A program made the translations under genes and the position numbers. Below the pieces are notes generated by a model. The model ran no database searches, was not told the DNA's origin, and saw nothing but the letters and a program-made list of their open reading frames with translations. This document shows, piece after piece, positions 26,601 to 39,100 of a stretch of DNA of 64,000 nucleotides. This DNA is from Heterodontus francisci (taxonomy: Eukaryota). How positions within the stretch are numbered: the stretch's first letter is position 1; each line of letters opens with the position of its first letter. The stretch spans positions 31,900,430 through 31,964,429 of the forward strand of contig NC_090399.1 in the NCBI RefSeq assembly GCF_036365525.1, read 5' to 3'.

Positions 26601-27308
26601 GCCCTGATAGAACCCACCGGATTTCCTTCCATTAGTTTGAATGGAAGTTCTGTCACTTGGATCCTTCACTCCAGAGTTATTTCTGCGTTCTGCTCAGGCG
26701 ATATTTAACGACCAGGCGGTAAAGGCGAATATTTACATTATTGTGGTTTATTAACTTAATTCAGCAAGCATAACTGATCAGTCCTCAGCATCGCAAAGAG
26801 ATAAGTGAACAAGTAGCCATTTTTATAGCTATCGCACATTTATGACTCAGTTGTTAACATCCTCGCCTCTGTGTCAATGTTATGGATTGGAGCCTCACTC
26901 CATCGGTCTATCATGTCACTTAGGTCCATTGTCCAGTACAGCGCTATCGGAGTGCTGTTTGATAGAGTTACGAATTTATCTGGAAGACAGAGACTTGATG
27001 CCCCTCTGTATGTTCAGTTGGTTCAAATGAATGGTACCAATTCCATGCCGCTATTCTAAGAAGACGGGAGATATCTCTGGTGCCCTGTCCAACATTCATT
27101 CCCAACTAACCCCAACAGAACTAGATAATTCACTTTATCTCTGTTCGTTTTACCATCCTGGTTTCCTACCACTGTCTCTGTACAGGCGAGGCGCTGTGAC
27201 ATCTTTCTGAGACACTATTTAAGACGTTACATTCTCTGACTGAAGTGTTGTGAATCGCTACTTACCAGAGAAAAGGGTCAGGACCCACACTATGCACCTG
27301 GAATCCAT
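20657..27308 (-). CDS. Gene A: NKp30/NCR3-like VJ-type IgSF receptor, ~240 aa, 10 predicted coding exons (27308-27266, 26148-25807, 24992-24864, 24702-24681, 24590-24553, 24073-24046, 23924-23908, 22272-22251, 21457-21423, 20703-20657)
   Basis: The exons sum to 723 nt, are phase-compatible and have no internal stop. All introns are GT-AG except the TM-exon acceptor (GG). AATAAA lies ~130 nt past the stop (20528-20523). Confidence 0.7.
21095..21310 (+). mobile_element. SINE fragment sharing the 3' tail of the second CR1-group family
   Basis: Matches the fuller copy at 38760-39100. Confidence 0.65.
21423..21457 (-). CDS. Gene A cytoplasmic exon SEEEVYSIIPPN (Tyr motif)
   Basis: Strong pyrimidine tract + CAG acceptor, GTAAGG donor, 35 nt, phase 2->1. 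Confidence 0.7.
21838..21986. repeat. Perfect 37-bp tandem repeat x4 (TTTCAATCCATAATCCAATGGACGTGGTTGAACTGAG)
   Basis: Identical head-to-tail units with no spacers, in a gene A intron. Confidence 0.95.
24864..24992 (-). CDS. Gene A stalk/transmembrane exon (KLSLEASTQKPSESQTRYTFVYVSAGALGAFILFSSCYYLTK)
   Basis: Hydrophobic helix and AAAG|gtaac donor. The 129-nt length equals the gene B TM exon. The acceptor reads ctGG; a fallback AAG acceptor lies at 24974. Confidence 0.8.
25807..26148 (-). CDS. Gene A Ig V-set (VJ-type) exon, NKp30/NCR3-like
   Basis: B-strand C (LNCTY), C-strand W (FKWFK), GAEV...EYSGRI, DSGIYYC and a J-like GQGTTLNV in one 342-nt phase 1-1 exon. An alternative in-phase acceptor exists at 26136. 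Confidence 0.93.
27266..27308 (-). CDS. Gene A leader exon MDSRCIVWVLTLFS(G)
   Basis: 43-nt phase-1 exon with hydrophobic core and GTAAGT donor. Confidence 0.85.
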
Positions 27309-27754
27309 CTGATCCTTCACTGCACTAACAATGATATTAGAAATATTAAAGATAAACGGTAGCAACAAGCGTACGGGAGATTCACGGTCTGATTGAAAAA
27401 TCTAACTCTTTCCATCGGTGTGCATGTGACGTACCGGAAAAGCGATTGAGAGTAGAAATGTGTTTCCGCTCTGCACTCCTTCATCAGCACGTGTTTGCAT
27501 ATTTCATAAATAGTTGTTTCTTCTCCTAGATTTACATATTATTAATAATTACGCAACTCCAGGATTCTGAAATTTATGAATAAAAGATTTATAGCACATT
27601 TGAAATCCCGAAAACTGTTACACAGGGAAATTTGGAACAGAAGCTGGAACGGTTCATGTTTTACTGTTGCTATCGAGAGCGCTTCTTATTACACGGGAGA
27701 TTGCATTGTGTACGCTGTTTAAATAAGCTGACCCTCACTGATTTTTTTTTTTTT

Positions 27755-28670
27755 GATTCGTTCATGGGATGTGGGTGTCGCTGGCTAAGCCAGCATTTAT
27801 TGCCCAGCCCTAATTGCCCTTGAGAAGCTGGTGGTGAGCTGCCTTCCTGAACCGCTGCAGTCCATGTGGGGTAAGTACACCCACAGTGCTGTTAGGAAGG
27901 GAGTTCCAGGATTTCGACCCAGCGACAGTGAAGGAATGGCGATATAGTTCCAAGTCAGGATGGTGCGTGGCTTGGAGAGGAACTTGCAGGTGGGGTGTTC
28001 CCACGCATCTGCTGCCCTTGTCCTTCTAGGTGGTACAGGTCACGAGTTTGGAAGGTGCTATCTAAGGAGCCTTGGTGCATTGCTGCAGTGCATCTTGCAA
28101 ATGGTACACACTGCTGCCACTGTCTGTCAGTAGTGGAGGGAGTGAGTGTTTGTGAATGGTGTGCCAATCAAGTGGACTGCTTTATTCTGGATGGTGTCGA
28201 GCTTCTTGAGTGTTGTTGGAGCTGCACCCATCCAGGCAAGTGGAGAGTGTTCCATCACACTCCTGACTTGTGCCTTGTAGATGGTGGGCATGCTTTGGGG
28301 AGTAAGCAGGTGAGTTACTCGCCACAGGATTCCTAGCCTCTGACCTGCTCTTGGAGCCATAGTATTTATATGGCTACTGCAGTTCAGTTTCTGGTCAATG
28401 GTAACCCCTCGGATGGTGATAATGGGGGAGTCAGCGATTGTAATACCATTGAATGTTAAGGGGAGATTGTTAGATTCTCTCTTGTTGGAGATGGTCATTG
28501 CCTGGCACTTGTGTGGCGCGAATGTTACTTGCCACTTATCAGTCAATATCTAGATAATTTTCAGGTCTTGCTGCATTTTTACACTGACTGCTTCAGCGTC
28601 TGCCGAGTCGCAAATAGTGCTGAAACTTGTGCAATCATCAGCAAGCATCCCCACCTCTGACTTTACGATT
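27755..28670 (-). mobile_element. CR1-group LINE 3' fragment (second family)
   Basis: KWQVTFAPHKCQAMTIS...YKAQVRSVMEHSPLAW ORF. Confidence 0.88.
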
Positions 28671-30324
28671 GATTGAAGTGACCTGATTGATATTTGAATC
28701 CAATCCTATTCCAAATTGATTGCATTTTGGAACATTTTGATTGCACATTGGCCGTAACTTAGCTGAAACACAGGGCTAAAAATTTTGCTGTGTTCTGGGC
28801 CACATTCGCTTGTCATAAAGGATCTGCACTCTTCCCCCATTCTCTGGTGGTTCTAGCGGTCTCTCTGTTGGGCGGCAGATCGAAAAACAACGTCTAGTGC
28901 AATAAGTCTTGTTTGCACCCTGTGTGGTTAACTGCAAACCTCCGCTGATCAATGTTATTTTTGGCAGCTGGAATTAAGCAAATGCAACATACCATAGATT
29001 AGTTTCAACGGCAACTTTTTTGTTACCATTTGACAGTCTGAATTATTTGCAGTGTATTTAAAATACCTCGGATACGGGTTTTGAAAAATGCTCTCTGACG
29101 GTGCTATGCTCCACTCTTCTGGAAAATTCGAAGCATGTTTAAAGCTTCAGTATTAGTGCGAATGCAGCTGAAATAAAAATCTGAGATACGTGCAAAATAG
29201 CACACGCTTTCTGCCCCATGCTTACGTGGTATTTTGTACTGAAAATGCAACGAACGGAAACGTAATGAAGAAGCAATTAATCAACCGTGCGTACAGAAGT
29301 TAAGTCTGAATGGAGAAAATGTTAAGGCCAATCGAAAGCTAAACATTTGGGTTTCCAATATTTTACCTGGGAGCGAGAAATGAGGACAACATTAAATTGG
29401 CAAAGACCAAAAACTGTGTCCGGCCCCGCTGGTTCCAGGCCCTACGCTATTGCGGATGTTATCTTAGACAGCATCTTCCAAACCCACGACCACTACCACC
29501 TATAAGGACAAGGGCAGCAGAAGCATGGGAACACCACCTCCTGCAAGTTTCCCTCCATCCTGACTTGGAATTATTTCTTCATTCCTTCACTGTCGCTGGG
29601 TCAAAGTCCTGGAACTCCGTTCGGAACAGCACTGTGGGTGTACCTACACCACATGGACTGCAACGGTTCAAGAAGGTAGCTCACCACCACCTTCTCAAGG
29701 GCAATTAGGGATGGACAATAAACGCTGGCCTGGGCAGCGACGCTCACAGCCCACAGATGAATAAAAAGAACACACATATATAATCGCTTGAGCGAGACCA
29801 TGCTTGGCATAGATAATCCTTATTCCCCATGTAAAAACTGAATAATATTTCTCTACCTTAACACCTTCACTACACGCACTGTGCTTCAGCAACATTCACT
29901 CCCACAGGGATGAGCATGTCCACTTCCAGCTTCCTAACATCTGACATTTACTGAACCAATTCTTATTTAAATTAGTCTGAACTGATTGAATACAAAGACC
30001 TACAGCCTCATAAAGAAGGATGGGAAATAGCTGCAGTTTACGTCATGTTTTCGAATTTCGATCTTTTTAAGCATTTTCGAGTTGAATTGTGCTCATGCTT
30101 TTTCAAAATTAAAATAAAAGGCTTTTGCACCAACCTTCTGTCAAAACTATGACCAGACATCGGGAGAGCCACAAGGAACTTTCTGCTCTGTTCTGCTCGT
30201 CTCCAGCTTTAAACTAAGATGAAAGATTGGTTTAAGGCCGGGATAATTGGTCTGTGCCGTTTATGTAAGAGAGCGGGAGGAAGTAGAGTTGATACAACTT
30301 TGGAAGAAGAGGGAGAACTTCAGA

Positions 30325-33220
30325 GTCAGAGAGTTATTTACGTCATGGAAGGAGACCATTCAGTCCATTGAGTCCACGTCAGCTTTCCACGGAGCTATGC
30401 AGTCAGTCCCAATCCCAGGTTCGAGCCCCGTAGCCCTGCAAGTCTATTTCTCTCAGGTCGCATCCAACTTCCTCTTGGAGTCGTTGATCATCTCCACCTC
30501 CACCACCCTTGTGGGAAGCGAGTTCCAGGTCATCGCCACCCGCTGCATAAAAAAGTTTGTCCTCATATTTCCCCTGCATCTCTTACCCAAAACATGCAAA
30601 ATGTGTCCCCTAGTCCTTGTACTATTTGCTAATGGGAACAGTTTTTCCTGGTCTAACTTATCTAAGCCTTTCATAACCTTATACACTTCTGTTAAATCTC
30701 CCCTCAATCTCCTTTGTTCTAAGGAGAACAACCCCAGTTTTTCCAATCTAACCTTGTAACTAAAATCCTTCATCCTTGGTACCATTCTGATAAATCATTT
30801 CTGCACCCTCTCAACGACCCTCACATCCTTCCTGAAGTGTGGTGACCAGAACTGGGTGCAATACTTCAGCATTACTTCCTGCTTTTGTACTCAATGCCTC
30901 TATTTATGTAGCCCAAGATCTCATTTTCTCTACTAACCACTCTCTCAATATGTCCTGCCATCTTCAAAGAGCGATGCACATTTACCCCCAGGTCCCTCTG
31001 TTCCTGCACACTCTTTAGAACTGTGTCATTAACTATATATCGCCTCTCCCTATTCCTTCTGCCAAAATGCATCACATCACACTTGTCAATATTAAATTCC
31101 ATCTGTCACCTGTCTGCCCAATCTGCTGGTCTATCCATGTCCTGTTGCAGGCAGTTCATATCATCCTCACTCCAAGTTTGGTGCCATCGGTAAATTTTGA
31201 GATTAAATCCTATATTCCAATATCCAAGTCATTTATATGTAGCAAAAAAGCAGTGGTTCCAGCACTGACTCTTGGGGAACACCACTGTCTACCATCTTGC
31301 AGTCTGAAAAGCAACCATTTACTATGACTTGCGGTTTTCTGCCCTTATGCCATTTTTTGTTTGTATCCAATTCGACACTGGCCCTCCTATTCCATGAACC
31401 ACAAGTTTGTTAACCAGGCTTTTATGTGGCACCTTATCAACCACTTTCTTAAAATCCATATAAACAACATCCATTGCATTTCCTTCACAAACCTTCTCTG
31501 TTACTTCATCAAAAATTCAATTAGATTAGCCTGCCTTTACAAATCCACTGACTAACCTTAATTAACGCAAATCTCTCTAAGGGTCTGTTGATATTTTCCA
31601 TGCTTGTTGTTTTTAAAAGCTTATCCATCAATGATGTTAAACTAACTGGACTGCATTTGCTAGGATTGTCCTTGCACCCTTTCTTGAATAAGCGCGCCAC
31701 ATTTGCTCACTCTCCAGTCCTCGGGCACCTCCCCCACATCGAGGGAAGATTGGAAGATTATGGCAAGTCCTTCTTTTATCTCCATCCCCACTTTCTTTAG
31801 CAACCTGGGATGCATGCTACTCGGACCAGGTGACTTATTTACTCTAAGCATAGCCAGCCTTTTTGGTGCCTGGCCCCTCTCAATTTTTATCCTATCGATT
31901 GCTTCGACTCTTTCTGCTCTACTGATATTTTATCAGCCTGCATGTCCTTAGTGAACATTGACAAAAAGTTATCATTAAGTATATTAGCCTTGCCCTGCTC
32001 CTCTCAGCATATATTACCTTCTTTGTCCCTAATAGGCCCACCCCTCATCTTACTGCTCACTTACTATTTACATGCTAGTAGAAGATCTTTGTGTTTCCTT
32101 TTATGTTGACTGCCATTCTATTTTCATATTTCTCTCTTTGCCAGTCTTAATTTCCTCTTCACCTCCCCTCTCAGCTTATTGTCTATGGCTTGGTTATCAC
32201 TTGATGAGCTCACCTGATATGGATCATATACCCTCTTTTATTGTTTCATCATCATTCCTGTCTCTTTTGTCATACATGGAGCCCTCTTTTTGGTTCCTTT
32301 ACCTTTCATCTTGTTGGAATGTACCTAGCCTGTACTGAAGCATCTCTTTCTTAAAGATAACCCATTGTTCTGATACAGCCTTTTACGACATTCTTTGGTT
32401 CCATTCTATAATTGCCAGATCCATTCTCATTGTGTTGAAATTCGCCCTCTTCCAATCTATACATTCTACCATATTTTGTTCCTTGATTTTCTGCATTTCC
32501 AATCTAAACCATATGATGCGATCACTCTTACCCAAGTGTTCCCCGACAGGCACTTGGTCCACTTGACCTATCTCAATCCCCAGCACCAGATCAAGCAATG
32601 CCTCTTTCCTAGTTGGGCTGAGAACATACTGATCAAGGAAATTGACTTGAACACATTTCAGAAATCCCCCCCCCACCCCCCCCCTCTCCTTACTCTAAAA
32701 TTACTCTAAAATTACACCAATCGATATTTGGGTAATTAAAGTTCCCCCAATATCACCATTCTATATTTCTTGCACATCCCTGTGATTTTTCTGCAGATTT
32801 GGTCCTCTATCTCTCTCTCACTATTTGGGGACCTATGGCATACCCCTAGTAGTGTGATCATACCCTTTTTGCTCCTCAACGCTAACCAAATTGATTCTGT
32901 CCTTGCCCGTTCAAGGACATGCTTCCTTTCGAACTCAGCAATGTCTTCCTAGTCAGGACTGCCACCCCACTTCCCTTTTTTTCCTTCTATATCTTTTCTG
33001 AACACTTCATATCCTTGCATATTAAGCGCCCAGTCCTCACCATTGTTAAGTCATGTTTCTGTTACTGCTAGTACATCATATTCCCAGACTGTTATTTGTG
33101 CTTGTAGCTCACCAATATTATTCACCACACTTTGTGCGTTTACACATCTGTATTGTAATCCTGTAGTTGCATTTCTCGTAGATTTCCCCTGCCCACTCCC
33201 ATCTAGTACACAACTACTAT
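30325..33220 (-). mobile_element. Long degenerate CR1 LINE (endonuclease to 3' end)
   Basis: CVNAQSVVN..YDVLAVTET (APE start), LLDLVL, KSPGP..MHPRLLK and LEKLGLFSLEQRRLRGDL motifs. Confidence 0.9.
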
Positions 33221-33997
33221 AATAAAAACAGAAAGTGCTGGAAACACTCAGCAGGTCAGGCGCCATCAGTGGAGCAGAAGCAGAGTTAACGTTAACGTAA
33301 TACGGAACTATTCCCTCCTCTAGTACTGTCTACCACACTCACTCTGAGCCTACGTGAGAAACTGTCATCATGGTATTATTGACTGAATGAAGACGAAATG
33401 TTTTAGGAGAATTTGGGGGATAACGTGAGAATTCCGTTGCTTGCTGCAGGATAGTGTAATTATAAAACCAAAAATAGCAACAATATAGAAATCAGTATTA
33501 ATATTTTTGAGTTGTGTGTGATAAGGGCTAACACATGGTTCGGGTTCCATTGGGGAGTGCTAAGTCAGCAGAGGGTTAAGAGGCACCAAACGGGTTGCTC
33601 TTGAGCCGATTTATGGTGTGGTATTTGTAAAATGCAAAATTGCCTTATCATCAGCAGAAAGTCTACATTCTAATGAGAATGCAGTGGATGTTCTGAAACA
33701 TTGTCATCTACTGGTGCAGTAACGGATGACATATAGCAGAGAATGCTGCACTGCCAGAGGAGCCGTTTTCCAACGTGATGCTGAACTGTGGACGAAGGGC
33801 AGGTCCCCAGGGTCCTGGTCAATATTTTATTTTCTTATTTAGAGATACAGCACGGAAACAGGCCCACCGAGTCTGTGCTGACCACCAACCACCCATTTAT
33901 ACTAATCCTACATTAATCCCATATTCCCTACCACATCCCCACCATTCTCCTACCACCTAACTACGCTAGGGGCAATTTACAATGGCCAATTACCTAT

Positions 33998-34450
33998 CCT
34001 GGAAACAGCCAACATCACCAGCATCGAGGCCTTCCTCCTGCAAAGCCAAATGTGTTGGGTGGGTCACGCTGCCCGGATGGACGACAGTCGCCTGCCCAAG
34101 ATTGTGTTGCATGGAGAGCTGACTACAGGTAAAAGGAACAGAGGGGCCCCATACAAATGTTTAAAGGACTCCCTGAAGAAGTGCCACATCAACCATTGCT
34201 AGTGGGAAGCACAGGCCATAGATTGTGATGTCTGGAGATGCTAAATCAGGAGGGCTCACAGACACATTTGAGACTCAGCGAAGAACCAGCATGAAAAAAA
34301 AGGTCCATTTGCTGCCAGCAGTGACTACACCTTCACTTGTACCCGCTGTGGGAGAATCGGCCGGTCACGGATAGGCCTGAGCAGCCACCAGTGCGCCTGC
34401 AATCAATGACTACAACCTTCCCAAAATCTTCATCCGCGAAGAAGTGCCAA
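33998..34450 (+). mobile_element. Older RTE LINE 3' fragment, adjacent to a V-SINE remnant (33830-33998, minus)
   Basis: WVGHAARMDDSRLPKIVLHGEL and a CTRCGRIGRSRIGLSSHQ-like zinc finger. Confidence 0.8.
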
Positions 34451-35240
34451 GTGTGGGGGGGGGGGGACTCTTAAACAATTGTGTTATACTTGAAATTATC
34501 TTACATATTATTCCTTCTACTTGACAAGTCAATGTCATTGCTTTAGGCACAATCATTCCATTAGCAAACGGTTCGCAGCCTACACGTTTCCAAATTTCCC
34601 ATATTAACCTTGACAGATTTCCCTGTTAAATGAAGAAAGGTGACAGAAGTGAAGTTTTGCCCCAGTACGAGAGAGATATAGCAGTGCATTCTGAAGTAAT
34701 GATTAACTCTTGTTAATACAGTTTTACAATGATAATCAGCACCGTGCTAATACAGCAGATCCACCCTTAGGCATTGACTATTTGCTCTAGTTTCATGCAA
34801 CTTAAAGCTACCATATATAAATGGAAGTTCAGTCCGATCCGTCTGATTTTGCACTTCAATTGCCGAAACTAGGAACAGACGTAATTGCACTGACACCGGT
34901 GTTAATAAATGCGCGTTAAATACTGGCTTATGGATCAATGTTCTTTATGCATTAGCATTTTTAAGGGGTCTTGATAGAACCGAAATTATAGGGAATAAAT
35001 CATCATTATACACCCAAAATCTTCTTTATTGATAGATCAATGTTCCTTTCCTAAGAAATACAAATGTTAACTCTTGAATGTATTTGTGCTACCCGCTCCC
35101 ACGGCCATCTCTAGTAATATCAGTTGATGATATGGAAAGACATTTAAGTTTGGTCTTCACCCTTCCAGTCAGATCTAAATTCCGATCAGTCAAACTGTAG
35201 GTAACTATTGACAGATTAAATTGTTGCATTTATGTTCCAG

Positions 35241-35571
35241 ACAATGGGTTTACCAGTGAAATCAAAGTCTTCCAGTCCCCGAACTCCATTAATGTAACAG
35301 AAGCGGGTCGGTGCAGCTAAACTGCACCATTGAAGCGAACGCTACTGTCGGACGAGTTTTTTTTAGAGACGGACCTCATCTCATAGCGGAATTCTTTCTA
35401 TTAGAGCCGGATACTCAAATCAGGGTCGAATTACTTGTGCAAAAAAAAATGGCTCTTGTTAACATCCTCAATTTAGGAAAAAATGACTCGGATTTTTACT
35501 ACTGCGAGGTGGAAATTCCAGGGATTGGGAAAGGAAACGCGCGACAGGAACACAGCTCATTCTAACTGACA
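35241..35571 (+). pseudogene. Frameshifted Ig V exon (EIKVFQSPNSINVTE/VQLNCTIE...DSDFYYCEVEIPGIGKGN/TGTQLILTD)
   Basis: ttccag acceptor and GTGAGT donor. The length is 331 nt (not 3n), with frameshifts near 35303 and 35540, and the C-strand Trp is absent. Confidence 0.88.
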
Positions 35572-36829
35572 GTGAGTAGAGCAGACCAGAGTTCATTTGA
35601 AAGATTTCCCAATATTTAAGATTTGCACTGCTGTGCATGTGCTATACTCTGTGTTTTCAGTTCGGTGTTTTGAATTGTGTTCGTTTGCTAACGTCACTTT
35701 TGCATACATTGGCTACACTTGGTCACGAATTCACTTTCCGAAAGTGCACGGGTCGAATCTGAATCCCGCTATTCAAGCGTGGTACTGTCCCGCGATGAAG
35801 CAGAGGCCGAGTGGAGACTCCGTCTTAACTATTGTCCCACTGAGTCCTAACTATTGTCCCACTGAGTTCCCGATCTCCGCCCTGAGAAGAGACCTGCTGT
35901 TTCTTCACTGGTTAAGGAGGCAATTGAGCAATTTTGGCCAGCCGGTGCGGTTTGCTTCTTCGGTCACAGGAGGCAAAATAGAACCCGTCAAAAGGAAATC
36001 CTGATATTGCTCTTGTTAAATCAATTGTGGATGACTTTGATTTTGCGGATGAATCCACAGCGACAATGGTTTCGGTAAAAAAATAGTTTTGGGTACTTGT
36101 AGAGAGCTGAATGGGTCGGAAAATGTGAGCCAGTCTCCATGGAACGTTCGCTGCAGGGTAGCAGAAATCTCGGGAGTCGCCATTGCTGTTGTAGGAGGCT
36201 TTACCCCACTTCATTAAAGCATCTTCTTATCAATCACAAAGTAATGATAGAACCTATCTCATTGACTAAACTGTTGATCACCTGTTTTAATATCTCCTTA
36301 TGTGCTAACCCTCAGGTTTAATTTGATAATCTCTCCCTTGAGACGTTTAACTATGTTAAAAGCGCTATACAAACACAGGTTGTTGCTGTAATAGACCATA
36401 AAATTGGCTGCTTTGGTCCAAATCGTCGGAAAATACATAAATATAAGAAACCAAATTGCGAAATGGAGAGTATGATCGGTCGAAATGGAAAACCAGCGAT
36501 GCACTCGATCCCATCAGTTGCCAGGCAGGTGAGTTAGGTTATTCTGCCGCCTTAGCGTTTGTTTTTTATTTATATTTTGGAAAGATTCTCCTGTAACAGA
36601 AGTTCTTAAAGTGTGGTCCACGGATCACTAGTGGCCCGCGCAACACCCTGGCCCAGGCCATATGAGAGAACTGGCCAGAACCTTCATCCCCACCACTCTG
36701 GTGACTGTTACGACATACAACAGCCAGATCGGATTGGCAACAGTTGTGGGCCTGAAAACAAAGAGGAATCGGCTGAACGTGGAGTCCAACATGAGAATGA
36801 AACTCTCCAGCTTGGATCCAGACATCCAT

Positions 36830-38300
36830 GTAGAAATGCAGCAAGACCTGGACAATATCCAGGCTTGGACTGATAAGTGGCAAGGAACATTCGTGCCACA
36901 CAAGTGGCAGGCAATGACCATCTCCAACAAGAGAGAATCTAACCATCTCCCCTTGACATTCAATGGCATTACGATTGCTGAATCTCCCACTATCAACATC
37001 CTGGGGGTTACGATTGACCAGAAACTGAACTGGAGTAGTTATATAAATACCATGGCTACACGAGCAGGTCAGGGGTTAGGAATCCTGCGGCGAGTAACTC
37101 ACCACTTGACTCCCCAAAACCTGTCCACCGTCTACAAGGCACAAGTCAGCAGTGTGATGGAATACTCTCCACTTGCCTGGATGGGTGCAGCTCCAACAAC
37201 ACTCAAGAAGCTCGACACCACCCAGGACAAAGCAGCCCGCTTGATTGGCACCCCACTCACAAACTTTCACTCCCTCCACCACGGATGCACAATGACAGCA
37301 GTGTGCACCATCTACAAGATGCACTGCAGCAACGCACCAAGCCTCATTCGCCAGCACCTTCCAAACCCACAACCTCTACCAACTAAAAGGACAAGGGCAG
37401 CAGATGGCAATGTCACCACCTGCAAGTTCGCCTCCAAGCCACACACCATCCTGACTAAGAGTCATAGAGTCATAGAGAGATACAGCACCTTCGGTCCACC
37501 GAGTCCATGGCGACCATCAACCACCCATTTATACTAATCCTACATTAATCCCATTCTTCCCTTTCACATCCCCACCTTCCCTCAATTCTCCTACTACCTA
37601 CCTACACTAGAGGCAATTTTTAAAAATGGCCAATTTACCTATCAACCTGCAGGTTTTTGGCATGTGGGAGGAAACCGGAGCACTCGCAGGAAACCCACGC
37701 AGTCACAGGGAGAACTTGCAAACTCCAAGCAGGCAGTACCCAGAATCGAACCCAGGTCACTGGAGCTGTGAGACTGCGGTGCTAACCAGGCTTGGAACTA
37801 TATGGTGTTCCAAGGGCGGCACAGTGGTGCAGTGGTTAGCACCGCAGCCTCACAGTTCCAGGGACCCGGGTTCAATTCTGGGTACTGCCTGTGCGGAGTT
37901 TGCAAGTTCTCCCTGTGACCGCGTGGGTTTTCGCCGGGTGCTTCGGTTTCCTCCCACCGCCAAAGACGTGCAGGTGATAGGTAAATTGGCCATTGTAAAT
38001 TGCCCCTAGTGTAGGTAGGGAATATGGGATTACTGTAGGGTTTGTATAAATGGGTGGTTCTTGGTCGGCACAGACTCGGTGGGCCGGAGGGCATGTTTCA
38101 GTGCTGTATCTCTAAATAAATTTTTGCTGGGTCAAAATCCTGGAACGCGCTCCCTGATTGTACTGTGGGTGTACCTACCCCACATGGACTGCAGCGTTCA
38201 AGAAGGCAGCTCACCATCACCTTCTCAAGGGCAATTAGGGATGGGCAATAAATGCTGGCCTAGCCAGTGACGACCACATCCCCCGAGTGAACAAAATAAA
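36830..38300 (+). mobile_element. CR1-group LINE 3' fragment (second family) split by two head-to-head V-SINEs
   Basis: The QQDLDNIQAWTDKWQ...YKAQVSSVMEYSPLAW ORF stops at the SINEs, and the tail resumes at ~38125. Confidence 0.85.
37460..38120. mobile_element. Two tRNA-derived V-SINE (HE1-like) copies in head-to-head orientation (37460-37790 minus; 37815-38120 plus)
   Basis: A/B-box-like head ggcggcacagtggtgcagtggttagcac...gggttcaattc, V-domain ggagtttgcaagttctccc...ggtttcctccc, and a CR1-derived tail. Confidence 0.85.
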
Positions 38301-38759
38301 CCTCATTGGTGTCTCATCAAAAAAAAAACATTCCTCCCATTAATTCTGATGAATTTTCAGGTGGTTCCAAGCGAAAGAGAGTGGGGTAGAGCTCGTAGGT
38401 GGCCCGCAGGGTGTTTTGTCCTGCCTGGATGAAAACTGTTGAGAACCACTATCCTACAATGAAGCCCTAGGTTGCCGCAAATCGCCCTGGTCGCTACTTA
38501 GCAGTATTCTTAAATTCGCCCAGGAGCACATTCTCAGCTCAGTAGCTTCTAATGGTTAATTAGTTCATAAGGAGTACAATGGTAAGAAATCCTCTCGTCT
38601 CCACTTCTGGTAGCACTAGCAAACTGTTCATTGAAATTCCAAGCGAAATCCTGAATTCCACGGCGGTTCGCCTGATTGCCCGTCTAACTTTCATGAACAC
38701 GATTGACTAAAACATGGGGAAAAAAGAGGCGTTAACAACTTTTAATTATGGTTTGAGGG

Positions 38760-39100
38760 AGAGCCGGTGGCGTTGTGTTAATGTCACTGTAATAGGAATC
38801 CAGAGGCCCGGGCTAATAGCTAAGGTCACAGGTTCAAATCCCACCAGCCAGCTAGTGGAATTTAAATTCAATTAATTAATAAAAACCCATCTGGTTACTA
38901 ACGGGCTTTTAGGGAATGGAATCTGCCGTCTTTGCCTGGTCTGGCCTACATACGACTCCAGACCCACAGCAATGTGGCTGACTCTTAGCTGCCCTCTGAG
39001 ATGGCCTAGCAAGCCACTCAGTTGTCAAGGGCAATTAGGAATAGACAACGGATGCTGGCCTTGCCAGCGACACCCACATATCCATGAAAGGAGAAAAAAA
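38760..39100 (+). mobile_element. tRNA-derived SINE with the CR1-group (second family) tail
   Basis: ggttcaaatccc B box and gggcaattagg tail. Confidence 0.65.

Larger units (their letters stand above)
36597..38451 (+). mobile_element. Internally deleted hAT (Charlie/Buster-like) DNA transposon carrying a nested LINE and SINEs
   Basis: Termini CAGAAGTTCTTAAAGTG / CTGTTGAGAACCACTA, 8-bp flanks TCCTGTAA / TCCTACAA, and a hAT C-terminal motif LKTKRNRLNVESNMRMKLSSLDPDI. Confidence 0.7.

Noticed and set aside
29366-29450. Minus-strand hydrophobic segment (TQFLVFANLMLSSFLAP) before a GT donor as an alternative gene A leader
   Set aside because: It ends in phase 2, incompatible with the V exon, and its upstream side is a LINE remnant. 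It could at most be a non-coding exon.
36662-37537. 291-aa ORF as a host gene
   Set aside because: Chance in-frame fusion of hAT, LINE and SINE remnants.
37815-37885. tRNA gene
   Set aside because: tRNA-like head of a multi-copy V-SINE.
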